From positions 1 to 39,374 of IMG/VR virus record IMGVR_UViG_3300005515_000023: a DNA stretch of 39,374 bases. One strand, 5' to 3'. This stretch comes from a virus. The notes beneath the pieces are model-generated. The model did no database searches. It was not told the origin of the DNA and worked only from the letters and a program-made list of their open reading frames with translations. The first letter of the stretch is position 1. Each line of letters begins with the position of its first letter. The translations under genes were made by a program, and so were the position numbers. Positions 39,367 to 39,374 of the stretch are shown one piece after another.

Positions 39367-39374
39367 CTTCTCGC
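39335..39374. repeat. Direct terminal repeat, copy 2 (identical to 1..40)
   Basis: Exact 40/40 match to positions 1..40. Confidence 0.95.

Larger units (their letters stand above)
1..39374. mobile_element. Complete temperate phage genome (lambdoid regulation, P22-like podovirus-type virion module), circular or circularly permuted, unit length 39334 bp
   Basis: Full phage gene set present: integrase/excisionase, cI-cro switch, replication, terminase-portal-scaffold-coat, tail/ejection genes, lysis. The window ends carry an exact 40-nt direct repeat, so it closes on itself. Confidence 0.85.

Noticed and set aside
1-39374. CRISPR arrays, rRNA, tRNA genes, transposases or IS elements
   Set aside because: No spaced direct-repeat arrays, no cloverleaf-compatible sequences, and no DDE or serine-recombinase-like ORFs were seen. 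The only recombinase is the phage integrase.

Overview
The window is a complete temperate phage genome. Its first 40 nt (1..40) are identical to its last 40 nt (39335..39374), so it closes into a 39334-bp circle, either a circular or permuted genome or an assembly overlap. The DNA is visibly GC-rich with strong GC3 bias. This composition and the recognisable protein families look alphaproteobacterial (Rhizobiales-like), and the high GC produces many long spurious antisense ORFs in the supplied track.

Gene order:
- Immunity switch: cI-type HTH/S24 repressor (37628..38284, -) divergent from a cro-like gene (38358..38591, +).
- Rightward early operon, wrapping through the junction: cro, a minimal N6-adenine methyltransferase, a structured C/U-rich gap, RusA, a DnaB-type helicase and an O-like initiator with in-gene iterons, then small ORFs.
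- A roughly 420-nt structured non-coding late control region (5893..6317).
- Late operon with P22-like order: terS, terL, portal, scaffold, coat, decoration, gp4/gp10/gp26-like tail parts, three ejection proteins, tail fibre, SASA/SGNH esterase, then GH19 endolysin, GTA-type holin and a TM coiled-coil protein.
- Leftward array (37492 down to 26827) with ERF recombinase, HNH, an AlpA-type excisionase, DUF551 and a large Lar-domain protein. It is interrupted by an oppositely oriented P4-type tyrosine integrase (32139..33374) and the putative attP (about 31754..32138).

Most interesting observations:
- A candidate sRNA-like element with CCUCCC anti-Shine-Dalgarno loops downstream of the methylase.
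- Four GGAA-N5-TTCC iterons at exact 21-bp phasing inside the initiator gene.
- The promoter, structured leader, palindrome and terminator arrangement before the late genes, plus further internal late-operon terminators. Together these imply processive antitermination by an unidentified factor.
- Two antisense small-membrane-protein morons inside the late operon. One sits at the position P22 uses for sieA/immI.
- A tail-fibre-linked carbohydrate esterase.
- An attP that would split the leftward gene array on integration.

All functional calls come from motif recognition by eye. No database search was possible.
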